Both the position numbers and the translations under genes were made by a program. From NCBI RefSeq assembly GCF_018977255.1, contig NW_024705101.1, positions 1-64,000 on the forward strand: DNA of 64,000 nucleotides, in the 5' to 3' direction. Positions 37,612 through 48,609 of this stretch are shown piece after piece. A model generated the notes under the pieces. That model had not been told where the DNA came from, did not search any database, and saw only the letters and a program-made list of their open reading frames with translations. Source of the stretch: Callorhinchus milii. Lineage: Eukaryota. How positions within the stretch are numbered: position 1 is the first letter of the stretch; every line of letters begins with the position of its first letter.

Positions 37612-37826
37612 GTAGTGGGAAAGGTAGTGGAGTGTGTAGTGGGAAAGGTAGTGACCACACGTGTCAAGTGAAGTGTGTGTAGAGTGAGGAATAGTGACCA
37701 CACGTGTCAAGTGAAGTGTGTGTAGTGTGAGGAATAGTGACCACACGTTGTATCGTGACAAGTCAAGGTTTAATAAAAAGTGTGCTACCCGTCAAGTGGT
37801 TTCCTGCCGTCATTCCGAATACTTCA
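37612..37826 (+). repeat. 5' LTR remnant (3' part only)
   Basis: 37626-37826 matches 44035-44235 with one substitution seen; AATAAA at 37772. Confidence 0.92.
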
Positions 37827-37828
37827 AC

Positions 37829-37842
37829 TGGCGTCAGAAGTG
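37829..37842 (+). promoter_or_regulatory. Primer binding site, tRNA-Leu-like
   Basis: TGGCGTCAGAAGTG, 2 nt after the LTR end; one mismatch to TGGTGTCAGAAGTG, the complement of the tRNA-Leu(CAA) 3' end. Confidence 0.8.
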
Positions 37843-37858
37843 AAACAGTCTTCCAGGC

Positions 37859-40800
37859 ATGGATACAAGGAAGACCCGTCGGACTCACGGGATTGACCGC
37901 GAGGATAACCTTGACGACTCGGGCCAGCTGGCATCGGGGGGAGAGGACGAGGAAATGCCGACGCCGCAGGACCCGCCGAGGGCGCCGGACGAGCGACTGG
38001 GGACCGATGCCGTACTCCGCGAGGCGCACTCCCGTCTGGCAGAGCTGCTGCTCGCCGCCGCGTCCATCCTGGCAGAAATCAACACGTCGGGAGGAGCGGG
38101 GACGTCGGCGGACATTCAACAGGGTCGCCCCGCAGATTCCCGCCAAAATGACTTGGCGATTCCCGCCATTTCAACTGCGCGGACATCTTTTGGCGGGAAC
38201 GGCGAGCAACACGTGGCGGCGGTTCTCCAAGCGCGCCCGCTTACGTCATCAACGCGCGCTGCGGACCGCCATCAGCCACCCGCCATTGGGGCCGCCATCT
38301 TGCAGACCGACGGTGCGGCGGAGAGGAACCACGTGGCAGAGGACGACTTCATCTTCCAGCAGCGCCTTCCCACATTGTCAGCCTTCAAGGCGGAAGGCGG
38401 GGACTGGGGCGCATTCCAGCGCAGGTTTCTGGCGCATCAGGAAATGTCGGCCTGGTCCGACGCTACGGCGCTGCGGGCACTGCCTGCCATGTTGGACGAC
38501 GACGCGCTCGCGGCCTTCAGGTCCGCACAGAGGTCGGACCGCTCCACGCTTAAGGCTGCGCTGGGTCTCATGGCCAAGGTCTACGGACCTCCCTCGGCGT
38601 GTCGCCATCACTTTTACGCCCGACGGAAGGCGGACACGGAGACCGCGCTCGCCTACCGCACGGCGTTGTTGGCTCTCGCCGACGCCGCGTTCCCTCGTAT
38701 GGACGAGGAGGGCCAGGACGCGATGGTCTTGGAGCAACTGCTCAAGTTGGCGCAGGACCTGGGGGTCCCCATCAACACGGCCGACGAGGTCGATATTTCT
38801 TCTTTGCGGGTCGCAACAAGTATACAGGCGCACGAGGTCCTCCAGCGTAAACAGGGGGTCGTCTGCACTGCTGCCGTGGCCTCAGCTCCGGGCCCGGTGG
38901 TCACCGAGCCCCAAGTCGTCAGCCCACGAGAGGAGGCGTTCACCGCGGGACGACCGGGGGACTGGAGGTCGGGGGGTCGTTCGCCTCTGCGATCGGCCCG
39001 CAAGCTGGAGCAACCGAGACCTCCGACGTCCCTCATCACGTGTTACAACTGCGGCCTCCGGGGCCACGTGGCGTCCGGTTGCCGCGCTCCACGTCAGCGC
39101 GCCATGGGACCTCGGCTGGACGACGACCAAGGCCCCAAGTCATCCCTACTACCCCCGGCAAGTCGCGGCACTTCACATGCTCGGCCTACATGCACGACAC
39201 ACATGGGCCGTCGCGTTGCGGCGGAGGAAGGCCGGTTAGGGATCGGGGATTCGGTTCGGCGAGGGGGGTTCGTGCGGGACCGAGGGGACATTAAATGGTC
39301 TGAGTTGGGGCACAGGATAGTGGCTGCGTCGGCGGGATCATCGGTCGTTACGGGATTCATTGACGGGGTCGAGGTCAGGGTGTTAGTGGACACGGGGGCG
39401 TCGGCGACTATTATATCAGACCTCATTTACAACATTCTCCCCGTCCAATGTCGACCTCTGCTCCCGGTGGACGTGCCATTTTACGCGGCAAATGGGGGCT
39501 CGTTGGGCATTGTCGGCCAGATTAGGGCGTCCATTTGCATTGGAGATATTAAATTGTCGGGACCCGTTTTCGTTTCTTCTTCCTTAGCGGTTCCTTGTCT
39601 CTTGGGCACAGATTTTTTGGCTAAAATGCCCATTAAAATTCTCATCGATCAGCGTTGCATTGAGCTACCATCGGGTCGCCGTATTTCATTTTTGACGAAT
39701 CCTACCGAAATTCGGACGGCGTGCGCTACGATACAAGCGCTGGCGACACAGACCGTGCACGTGCCCCCGGGTTCACAGATGTTAATTCCCCTCCGGTTGA
39801 GGAAACCATTGGTTGGGGAGACCTCGGAACAGGGCATGCTTTTGGGTCCTTCAAATAGGGCTGTCGGGGGTCTCGATTTGTCGGTGGCTCACACTTTGGT
39901 TCGGGCTGACAAGGACCCGTTCGTGATGGTTTTAAACGCTGGTTCGCGGCCGGCCGTTATTCAGCAGGGCACTGTGCTAGCTCACGCGGCACGGGTCCCT
40001 GCGGAAGAGCGCCTGGTTGCGCATGTTGATCCAAGCCCGACGCAGAACAATCCATCGAGGGAGGACCTTGAATGGGTCGATTCGCTGTGCGCGGACTCGA
40101 ACGATTTGTCAACGGTACAGTTGGGTGCGCTGCGTGCGTTGCTGATAGAATTTTCTGATGTGTTCAGTAAGCATAAATATGACATTGGGTGCACGGACCT
40201 GTTGCGCCACCATATTGAAACAGGCGATGCGGCACCGGTCAGGCTAAATCCCTTCCGGCTGAGTCCTGCTGAGAAGGAACACGTTCAGTCGGCCGTCAAC
40301 GATATGCTGGCGGCCGACATTATTTCGCCTTCTTCCAGTCCTTGGGGAGCACCTATTGTGCTGGTTAAAAAGCAAGACGGGTCCTTGCGATTTTGCGTAG
40401 ATTTCCGTCGCCTGAATAAAATATCCGTGGCTGACGCGTATCCGCTCCCCAGAATGGACGAGTCCCTCGATGCATTGTCTGGTGCGCGATATTTTTCTAC
40501 TCTTGATTTATTATCGGGATTCTGGCAGCTGCCACTCGACGACGAGTCTAGACCTAAGACAGCATTTCGGACTCCAGGGGGCCTGTTCCAGTTTAACCGG
40601 TTACCCATGGGACTTCACTCCGCTCCCGCGACGTTTCAGCGCCTTATGGAGTTGGTTTTGTCGGGCTTGCAATGGGATACTTGCTTGATTTACCTAGACG
40701 ATGTCATTGTTTTCAGTAAAACGTTTGAGGAACACCTCCAGCGGTTGAGAGGGGTGTTCTTGCGGATGCGATCGGCTAAATTAAAGTTTAAACCGGCCAA

Positions 40801-41362
40801 ATGCCACCTTCTTCGTAAGTCCGTGAGATACTTGGGCCACATTGTCGATTCTTCGGGGATCTCTACCGATCCCGCGAAGACGAACTGTGTCAGTTCATGG
40901 CCAACGCCCACGTCAGTTTCGGACGTGCGCAGTTTCATCGGTTTTGCTTCTTACTACCGCCGATTCGTTGAGCATTTCGCCACCATTGCAAAACCCTTGC
41001 ACGCTCTAACGGCAAAAGGAGTCAAGTTCCGATGGGGACCGGAGGAGGAGGCCGCGTTCTGCTCCCTCCGGGACGCCTTGGTGGGCGCCCCGCCCTTGCG
41101 TTATCCTGACTTTACAAGTCCCTTCTTGCTAGACACGGATGCTAGCAACACGGGCATTGGGGGGGTGCTCTCACAGGTCGTTGGGGGAGTCGAAAGGGTG
41201 GTCGCCTATGGTAGCAGGGTTTTGTCGCCGGCGGAGCAGCGCTACTGCGTCACCCGTCGCGAGTTGCTGGCTATTGTTTTTTTGTACAGCAATTTAGACC
41301 GTATCTCTATGGCCGTCACTTTACGGTCCGGACGGACCACGCGGCGCTTCAGTATTCATTGA
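37859..41362 (+). CDS. gag-pol: Gypsy Gag-Pol polyprotein (gag with CCHC knuckle, aspartic protease, RT, RNase H); frame lost near 41280
   Basis: CYNCGLRGHVASGC; LVDTGASAT; LRFCVDFRRLN, LPMGL and YLDDVIVF; LDTDAS and YCVTRRELLAIV. Confidence 0.96.
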   Translation: MDTRKTRRTHGIDREDNLDDSGQLASGGEDEEMPTPQDPPRAPDERLGTDAVLREAHSRLAELLLAAASILAEINTSGGAGTSADIQQGRPADSRQNDLAIPAISTARTSFGGNGEQHVAAVLQARPLTSSTRAADRHQPPAIGAAILQTDGAAERNHVAEDDFIFQQRLPTLSAFKAEGGDWGAFQRRFLAHQEMSAWSDATALRALPAMLDDDALAAFRSAQRSDRSTLKAALGLMAKVYGPPSACRHHFYARRKADTETALAYRTALLALADAAFPRMDEEGQDAMVLEQLLKLAQDLGVPINTADEVDISSLRVATSIQAHEVLQRKQGVVCTAAVASAPGPVVTEPQVVSPREEAFTAGRPGDWRSGGRSPLRSARKLEQPRPPTSLITCYNCGLRGHVASGCRAPRQRAMGPRLDDDQGPKSSLLPPASRGTSHARPTCTTHMGRRVAAEEGRLGIGDSVRRGGFVRDRGDIKWSELGHRIVAASAGSSVVTGFIDGVEVRVLVDTGASATIISDLIYNILPVQCRPLLPVDVPFYAANGGSLGIVGQIRASICIGDIKLSGPVFVSSSLAVPCLLGTDFLAKMPIKILIDQRCIELPSGRRISFLTNPTEIRTACATIQALATQTVHVPPGSQMLIPLRLRKPLVGETSEQGMLLGPSNRAVGGLDLSVAHTLVRADKDPFVMVLNAGSRPAVIQQGTVLAHAARVPAEERLVAHVDPSPTQNNPSREDLEWVDSLCADSNDLSTVQLGALRALLIEFSDVFSKHKYDIGCTDLLRHHIETGDAAPVRLNPFRLSPAEKEHVQSAVNDMLAADIISPSSSPWGAPIVLVKKQDGSLRFCVDFRRLNKISVADAYPLPRMDESLDALSGARYFSTLDLLSGFWQLPLDDESRPKTAFRTPGGLFQFNRLPMGLHSAPATFQRLMELVLSGLQWDTCLIYLDDVIVFSKTFEEHLQRLRGVFLRMRSAKLKFKPAKCHLLRKSVRYLGHIVDSSGISTDPAKTNCVSSWPTPTSVSDVRSFIGFASYYRRFVEHFATIAKPLHALTAKGVKFRWGPEEEAAFCSLRDALVGAPPLRYPDFTSPFLLDTDASNTGIGGVLSQVVGGVERVVAYGSRVLSPAEQRYCVTRRELLAIVFLYSNLDRISMAVTLRSGRTTRRFSIH

Positions 41363-42213
41363 GGGTCGCCCAACCCTCGGGCCAATTGTCACGGTGGTTG
41401 GAAGTCCTCCAGGACTATCAGTTCACGACCACATACCGTAAGGGGTTGCGCCACACTAACGCCGATGCCCTGTCGCGATTGTCGCCTTGTCACAAATGTG
41501 CGTGCTTAATGGGATCGGCGCGCTGTAAACCGCCAGCTGCGGAAAGTATGGGGGCGTTGGCCGCGACCGCGGATGCACCGATCGGTGATGTTCCCGCTAC
41601 CCCTGAGGGAGAGGACTCGCTGCTCTCACTGTCGCTGATTGAGTGGGGCCGTCTCCAAATGGCTGACAGCTCCCTGCTAGCGTTGCGTCGCAGGGCGGGG
41701 GGTCCCGAGGAGGGCCGGGAGCGAACTGGCTCCTGGGTACTCAAGCAGGGCCTGTTAATGAGATGGGACAATTTGTCCCGGCGGCACGCACTCGTGGTGC
41801 CTTCCGCTGTGCGGGGGAAAGTTGTCCTGGCCGCACATGAACGCCTCTTGCATTTGGGAGTAAACAAAACGCTTGCTCTGCTTCAGCGTGACTATTATTG
41901 GCCGGGGATGGGGAGTGATGTGGTGAATATTCTAAAGGGGTGTGTTGATTGCGCCAGACGAAAACCGCCGCCCGTGGCGTCAAATCCACCGCTGCAATCT
42001 ATTCAGGTCTCGCGCACTAACGAGCTCGTTGCGCTCGATATTTTGGGGCCTTTTCCAGTCACGCCTAGGGGAAATAAGTACCTGTTGGTTGGTGTCGAAT
42101 ACTTTACCCGGTGGCCTATGGCGTGGCCACTCGCCAACCAGTCGGCGGCGGCTGTGACGGACGCCTTTGTCCAGGGCTACGTCTGGACAAGGGGGCTCCC
42201 GAACGCTTGCTGA
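41359..42213 (+). CDS. pol: Pol continuation: RNase H end, integrase zinc finger and start of catalytic core
   Basis: LSRWLEVLQDY, NADALSR; H...HLG...YYWPGM...C..C; ALDILGPFP, GNKYLLVGVEYFTRW. Confidence 0.9.
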   Translation: MRVAQPSGQLSRWLEVLQDYQFTTTYRKGLRHTNADALSRLSPCHKCACLMGSARCKPPAAESMGALAATADAPIGDVPATPEGEDSLLSLSLIEWGRLQMADSSLLALRRRAGGPEEGRERTGSWVLKQGLLMRWDNLSRRHALVVPSAVRGKVVLAAHERLLHLGVNKTLALLQRDYYWPGMGSDVVNILKGCVDCARRKPPPVASNPPLQSIQVSRTNELVALDILGPFPVTPRGNKYLLVGVEYFTRWPMAWPLANQSAAAVTDAFVQGYVWTRGLPNAC

Positions 42214-43141
42214 CCGACCAAGGGAAAATTTTTCTAGTAAATTGCTGCAAGAGGTGTGCGACCTATTGGGTACTAAGAAGGTGCGTACCTCCCCGTACCA
42301 CCCACAGACAGACGGGATGGTGGAGCGACTCCACAGGACTTTGACTTCTATGCTGTGCCAGCAGGTGTGTGAGGCACATGTTGACTGGGACCTGCAGGTC
42401 CCGGGGGTCCTCGCCGCGTATAGAATGGCCCCCCATGCAGCAACGGGATTTTCCCCATTCTATCTGATGTATGGTCGGGAAGCCGACCCGCCCATGGAAA
42501 CGCAGCTGGGACTGTCCGCGCCACGAACGAATTCGAAATTGGCTGAACATATTAAATTTAACATTCATAAGCTGACCGAGGCACGGGAGGCCGCACGGCT
42601 TAATTCGCGGGCTCGCCAAATTGCCAACGAGCGTTTGCGTGCACGGAAGGTGTCCGTGCACAACTGGAAACCAGGCGATAGGGCCTGGCTGCACTGCCCT
42701 CAGGCACCTTTGGCTACGTCGCCTAAATTGTTGAAGCCATGGCGGGGACCCGTGGAGGTCGTGCGGGTTGCACGCCCCCAGTGTGTTCAGATAAAATGGG
42801 GAAAGCGCCGTTGGTACGTCCACCCCTCCCGACTGAAACCGTTCTCGCCTCCATATGGCCTCCCTTTGTGTCGTGAGGGCCGAGCATGTGACGTGACCGA
42901 CGACCCAAGGGGGGAAATGTCTCCGCCTGATCCTCACATGTCTCCGCCTGATCCGCTCCCAGGTGTCTCGGAACTGACAGCTGCCGACCACCGGCGGCCG
43001 GATCCCCGCGGCGCGGCCGGTCCTTCCAGGCCCGATCCGCGCCTTCCAGGGCTGCCGGAGCCACCAGACGGTCGTCAGCGTCCCGTCCCATACGATGGAC
43101 CGGCCAGGCGGACTCGCGCTAAGTCGCGCAACTTTTCATGA
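42167..43141 (+). CDS. pol: Pol continuation: integrase core C-terminal half, GPY/F-like module and Pro-rich tail
   Basis: TSPYHPQTDGMVERLHRTL, TGFSPFYLMYGRE, KLLKPWRGPVEVV, VHPSRLKPF. Confidence 0.9.
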   Translation: MSRATSGQGGSRTLADRPRENFSSKLLQEVCDLLGTKKVRTSPYHPQTDGMVERLHRTLTSMLCQQVCEAHVDWDLQVPGVLAAYRMAPHAATGFSPFYLMYGREADPPMETQLGLSAPRTNSKLAEHIKFNIHKLTEAREAARLNSRARQIANERLRARKVSVHNWKPGDRAWLHCPQAPLATSPKLLKPWRGPVEVVRVARPQCVQIKWGKRRWYVHPSRLKPFSPPYGLPLCREGRACDVTDDPRGEMSPPDPHMSPPDPLPGVSELTAADHRRPDPRGAAGPSRPDPRLPGLPEPPDGRQRPVPYDGPARRTRAKSRNFS

Positions 43142-43501
43142 CCAACCGAATGAGGGGCCGATGCGGCCGGAGCGCCTCGTCACTGCGTTCCTCATCCGCT
43201 CGACCGCTCTATCATCCCGGTGGAGGAGCGAGCGGAGGGGGGGGATCGATAGTCACAGAGACACTGGACACGTTCTTTTTCTTGGACTTGCTTTTATTGT
43301 GTTGTTCGTCGGTTTGTACATAGCTTGTTGTCTAGGTGTTGTGTGTTGTTGTTGACTTTTATTGTGTTGGTTGTCGGTTTGTACATAGGTTGTTGTCGGG
43401 TGTTGTGTCGTTGTGTTGTTGTTGTTGCGTTACGGGGCACACTGGGGGTGGGGTTTTGTTGTGTTGTGTTGTTTAGCAGCCGGGCCGGCTGCGAGCTATG
43501 T

Positions 43502-43513
43502 GGGAGGGGGTGA
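43502..43513 (+). promoter_or_regulatory. Polypurine tract
   Basis: GGGAGGGGGTGA directly before the TGTAGT that starts the 3' LTR. Confidence 0.75.
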
Positions 43514-44235
43514 TGTAGTGGTGATACGCGCTGGGGTGGGATCGTGTGCCAGCGCGTAGTGATTGGCTGTGTGTGTTGGTGACGCGCGCTGACGGTGAAG
43601 GATCAGGGGTCAGCGCGGGGTCGGGGGTTATGAGGCAGTGATTGGCTGGGTATCGGTGACGCGCGCTGACAGCGATGGGATCCTGGGGCAAGCGCGCGGG
43701 GATTGGTCAACTAAGGGGGATGCTCACGTCGAGGTCCGCATACGCTCCGTCTCCCGAGAGCGGGGGCTATATAAGGTGGTGCGCACAGGCGCACGAGGAG
43801 TTGGTGACCAGCGAAGACTGAAGACGGAGGAGGAAGAGATAGGGCCCTGCGGCACCTAGTCCCGCTGTCCTTGTAAGGGCCGGGGCTCTGTGTGACCCAG
43901 AGGCGGGACCCTGGGACCCGGGGCCGAACGTCCGTGTGAGGGCCGGCCCTCGGCCACGGACGTTACGGGGCTGGAGTGCAGTGTGAGCATGCAGTGTGAG
44001 CATGCAGCGTGAGCCATAGTAACTACACGTGTCAAGTGGAGTGTGTAGTGGGAAAGGTAGTGACCACACGTGTCAAGTGAAGTGTGTGTAGAGTGAGGAA
44101 TAGTGACCACACGTGTCCAGTGAAGTGTGTGTAGTGTGAGGAATAGTGACCACACGTTGTATCGTGACAAGTCAAGGTTTAATAAAAAGTGTGCTACCCG
44201 TCAAGTGGTTTCCTGCCGTCATTCCGAATACTTCA
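43514..44235 (+). repeat. Complete 3' LTR (722 bp)
   Basis: TGTAGT...ACTTCA termini; ATTGG boxes; TATATAA at about 43768; ~49-bp tandem units containing CACACGTGTC; AATAAA at 44181. Confidence 0.85.
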
Positions 44236-45824
44236 CATGTACCAATGAAATACTCGAATTTTCGTGCTTTCTTTTTAAGATGCGCACGTTAATTTTCCTG
44301 ACATTTATCACAAACCATAGCTGTAATGCGTTCGGTAAAGTTTCTTCTCTAAACGAAATCGCACACCCTAGAGTAACCTTTGGTCAGTAATGAAAAATAC
44401 ATACGTGATGCCTGAAACACAGCAGCTTAAAAACAACACATTTACAATGCAATAAAAGCTCCCTTGCAGCTATTACATTTTATGGGGACCGATGCGGCAC
44501 AGCTCTAAACCTGTGCACTGGTTTGAGAAACAGATGAGGTAATTGTGGCTAAAAATAGCGACCTGAAGATATGACGATTTTCTGGTGTCAGAAGAGAAGT
44601 GGAGCGATATGAACCAATTGTTTAAGCGGCAGACGATTTCACAAGCAGAGCCACTCCGTAGTTGTTATGAGCATCCCTGGAGGGGTTTCTCTGGCCCCTG
44701 AGGAAATATGGGCACCCGTCCCATCATGCCCCCAAGCTAATGCTCCACTGAATGAATGTGAAGCTGCAACGTCAATTGAGCCCCCCCCCCCCCCCGCTTG
44801 CTGAAGGCCCTTGCTTAAATATTCTCTCTTGACAAGTCCACGTTGTTTGCATCAATATCCAAATGAGAACATTTTGTATCGTTTGGCCTCTCGAGACCAA
44901 ACGCCCTCAACGGATCTCAAAAGCCTCCCCCTGCACCCTTAACACCTCATTGTTTTACTTACGTAACAACCTGCTCGAATGCAAGATGCATTGAGTAAGC
45001 ATCTCAAGTATTGACACCCGCGTTGCAGTGAGTGAGCTGGGCGAAGGGGATTTTTAATAGCAGCACCAAGGCTCATAATGCAACACAGATGTATTCAACA
45101 TTGGGAAACTGTAAAATTGAAGCGACAGCTGTCAATGTCCAGTGCATATGACAGAGCGTTAACTGCAGTTGAATCAGAGCCTGTTTTTTTCATATCTGAT
45201 CTGATCACAGAAATGGGTAGGTGAAATGCATGCACTCATTATTTTAAGTACATGTTTTATTTAGATTCTTCCATTTTTTTGTACCTCTGTACACTAAATG
45301 TATGATGTGCCAGTTACACTTGATGGTATGAACGTGTGCACAAACATAAATGTTGGCTGAACTCTTCCACGCTATCCAGATATATTTGAATGGTTGGGTG
45401 TACCCACACTTTATCCCACCACACGTGACCTGCCAATCGACAAACTGTGGTACAAGACATTTATATTGCTGCGTGGACAAAGGTCATCCAGTGACCTCTG
45501 GATTGCATGTCCAGTGTGCTCACCGTTCACACCACGGCAGCATCCCAGACAAATAGCAAAGGGAGTGATAAACCTTCATGTTTTGTCACTGGAGCAGGCA
45601 TGTGTGGATTATCCACAGCAGCGAGTTGAGGAATCGTTAATCTATAATTGCTGGCAATTTTGTTTGGTTATTTATAGTGCACGACTTAATTGGGTCATTG
45701 TTGCACCGGGTCATTGGAATCCGATGGCTAGATGAACAGGTGCGCTAATTGATCCACACGGCGCTTGTGATTAATTCGCACCTGATGATGGAATTATAAA
45801 ACCCATCTTACATGGATATACGTG

Positions 45825-46740
45825 TGTAGTGCTGAACTTGACATGACAGATTCTTGCTTTTCTCTCTCACTTTATTTTGCTAATACCGATCAACATTCCT
45901 TCCACTTAACATCAATCAACATTCCTCCAGCGCGGTCTCTGCTCGCTCGCCGCGTTCCGCCAGCTTCGCTCGCTCCGCGTCTCTCACTCTGTCGACTCTC
46001 CTCTCCACTCTCTCCGTCACAGTTCAGCCGCTCTTTATCGGCTTCTCTGTCACACTCAGCCGTGTCTCTATCGGCTTCTCCATCACACTCCAGCCGCTTT
46101 CTGCTGGCTTCGCCGTCACACTCCAGCCGCTTCTGCTGGCTTCTCCACTGCTGCCTTATACTTCTCCGCTGCTACCTCATACTTCTCCACTGCTACCCTA
46201 TACTTCTCCGCTGCTACCTTATACTTCTCTACTGCTACCCTATACTCCTCCACTGCTACCCTATACTTCTCCAATGCTTCTGGCTCCGCTGCTTCCACTC
46301 CAACATTCTTCTTCTCCTCCCAGGCGCGAACTCTCATCTGCTTCAAAACCCCCTCTCTTTATCCCCAAGCCAATGAATCTCTAATTAATCAGGTCAGGTG
46401 GCATCCCCCGCGATGCCCCTCACCCCCAGCCACCGCTGGCACCCGCCACGTGTTCCAGACAATGCGGCGCCACTTGGCGACAATAACAACCTCCCGGCCA
46501 ATCAGCGCCCTGTATCCTTAATCGCCCCCTACCACCTGTTACCTTCTCCAGACAGTGTGGTACCCCGTTTGACAATAACAACCTCTCAGCCAATCAGCGC
46601 CCTGTGTCCTTAATCGCCCCCTACCGTCTCTGGCCTCCTCACGCCTAACGACAATAACAAACTCGACCTCGTTTGCTCCCACTGTACTCTGCGCGCGCGT
46701 ACACCCACTCCCGTGTGTGGTGCGTATTTCAGGCACTACA
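45825..46740 (-). mobile_element. Solo LTR (family of 21954-22833)
   Basis: TGTAGTG...CACTACA termini; 4-bp TSD CGTG; expanded 21-bp CTGCTACCCTATACTTCTCC(A/G) array. Confidence 0.9.
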
Positions 46741-46742
46741 CG

Positions 46743-47359
46743 TGTAATGGGTTGAATTCAGGCGCACACAGGAACTTTGGGAGGCAACACTATTTATTAT
46801 TAACACAACGGGCAACTCTTAACATAGGGTGGTGACCACCGACCTATCCTCACTAACACACACCATCACTCGCTAACACTCGCTAACCCTGACGCTCTGA
46901 TACGACTAGCGTGGCCAAGCCAGGAGGGCTACTGGTTGGCCACGCTGACTTGAGGCTTAACTCTTCTTCACGAGGCATCTTCAGCCTCGAACCCGGTGCG
47001 GAGGCCGCTTATATGCGCCTCGGCGTGTCCGGACCGCACCCCGGCCACGCCCACCTTCGAGAACTCCCGAGAACTCTCTTCTCCTGTCCACGTGGCCCCC
47101 AAGGTGCTCCCGGCCCCCACCTTGATTGGTCACGTGTCCAGCCAGGTTCACCCAGAGTATCACGGCCTCACACAACCCCCGCGGTACTGACCCACGTCCT
47201 ACAGACCCCCGAACCGGCCGTGACATCATTCCCGCAACCAGACGTGATGACATCATGTGTGTGTGGACCCGCGTGGTAGTGACGCTCCCCCGCGTAGTGA
47301 CGTCACGCGTGTGTGTGTGTGTGTAGGCCCACACGGTAGTGACGCTCCAAGTCACTACA
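46743..47359 (-). mobile_element. Solo LTR (family of 28533-29016)
   Basis: TGTAATG...CACTACA termini; removing the 45825-46740 insertion restores the TSD TACG/TATG. Confidence 0.82.
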
Positions 47360-48298
47360 TATGATTAACAAGATTTGCTATTACCGTTGGCATACAATCT
47401 TTACTTTTTAAAAAAAAATGATGCAACGGGTGCTTTGTTAAACTGATAATTACAGCAATAATAAATAGCAGGTTAGTACAATTCACTCTCATTAAAGTAA
47501 CTTACAATGTATTGTTTAGTTTTTTTTAATTGTATAGTTTGTCCCTCTTCGAATGTATTCTCAGCATTACCAGAGAATTTGCTGAAATGTATTTCTGTTA
47601 GAGCTGAGCGTAAGGCCATGGTGGAGGTGGTGTTGAGGGCAAGGCCATGGTAGAGGAGGAGCTGATGGTAAGGCCTCGGTGGAGGAGGTGTTAATTGGGA
47701 AGACCATGTGGAGAAGGATGAGCCTGAGGCCATAGTGGTGAATAAGTTGCTGAGGATCACGGTGGTGGAGGAGAAGAAGGAGGTGCAGAGGCCAGTTAAA
47801 TTGGACATTCTAACTCTGGTCATGTTTGCCAATGGTGGAAATTCCATGTTCCCATGGCAGAGCCCAAAAATACAACACTGGTCCAACTAAACTGATCTGT
47901 TGCTGCCTACTAACGTGCTTATTTGTTATCAGATATGAGCAATAATCGTATACAAACACTTGTCACGTTTAATAAGCACAAATACGTGTCAGTGCCCTAC
48001 AGAATGCCATTTACTCTGGTCTATTTTTTCTTTAGCACTGGTTACTCAGGGATATGCATTCCCTGGTGAAGAGCTGTATGCATTGGTGCTTAGCTATGGG
48101 TGTGATGGCTCTTGTAGCTGGCAGACTTATCGGGTCGTGGCCTTGGCTCAGAGAATTGGCACAGAACGGATTCCTCCTTCCTGCATATAAAGCAGTGTTT
48201 AACTGTTTAAGCCCTTATGTCGGTCAAAATACAACATCCCATTTAATAATAATGATACTAATTTCGTACAATTTGGTATTCGTGCCTTTCCTATAGCG

Positions 48299-48488
48299 CA
48301 GGGGTCGGCAACCTGCAGCAACCTGCGGCTCATGTGGCTCTTTCAGGACTGCTTCGTGACTTTATTTATTCAGGACCACCGTCTCGTATTCACATTCCTT
48401 TCAGGTCTTGAAATATTGAGTTTTTTTTATATATACCGAATTAAAAAAAAATATGGCTCTTCTTGCTATTTTGGTTGCCGGCCCCCTG
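48299..48488 (+). mobile_element. hAT (Charlie-like) MITE
   Basis: CAGGGGTCGGCAACC...GGTTGCCGGCCCCCTG; flanks CTATAGCG/TTATCGCG. Confidence 0.82.
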
Positions 48489-48609
48489 TTATCGCGCAAG
48501 GCTATCATGAAGGAAGGCACTCTGTTTCACAGAGATTTGTGGCAGCTTCACAATAGCGGGGCGATGCTGTGTGTAATACCAATCGAGTAATTTGGCGGTA
48601 ATTTAGCAA

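Larger units (their letters stand above)
37611..44235 (+). mobile_element. Ty3/Gypsy LTR retrotransposon, near full length, with truncated 5' LTR
   Basis: Domain order gag-PR-RT-RH-IN; PBS; PPT; direct terminal repeats ending ...CCGAATACTTCA at 37826 and 44235. Confidence 0.96.

Noticed and set aside
37625-37760. Regularly spaced repeats resembling a CRISPR array
   Set aside because: These are tandem units within an LTR with near-identical 'spacers'; the context is eukaryotic and there are no cas genes.
37737-39239. 500-aa ORF overlapping gag in another frame, plus antisense ORFs across the Gypsy element
   Set aside because: Arg/Pro/Ser-rich with no motifs; expected shadow ORFs of GC-rich coding DNA.
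44583-44594. PBS-like TGGTGTCAGAAG downstream of the 3' LTR
   Set aside because: About 350 bp from any LTR end with no internal sequence following; likely chance.
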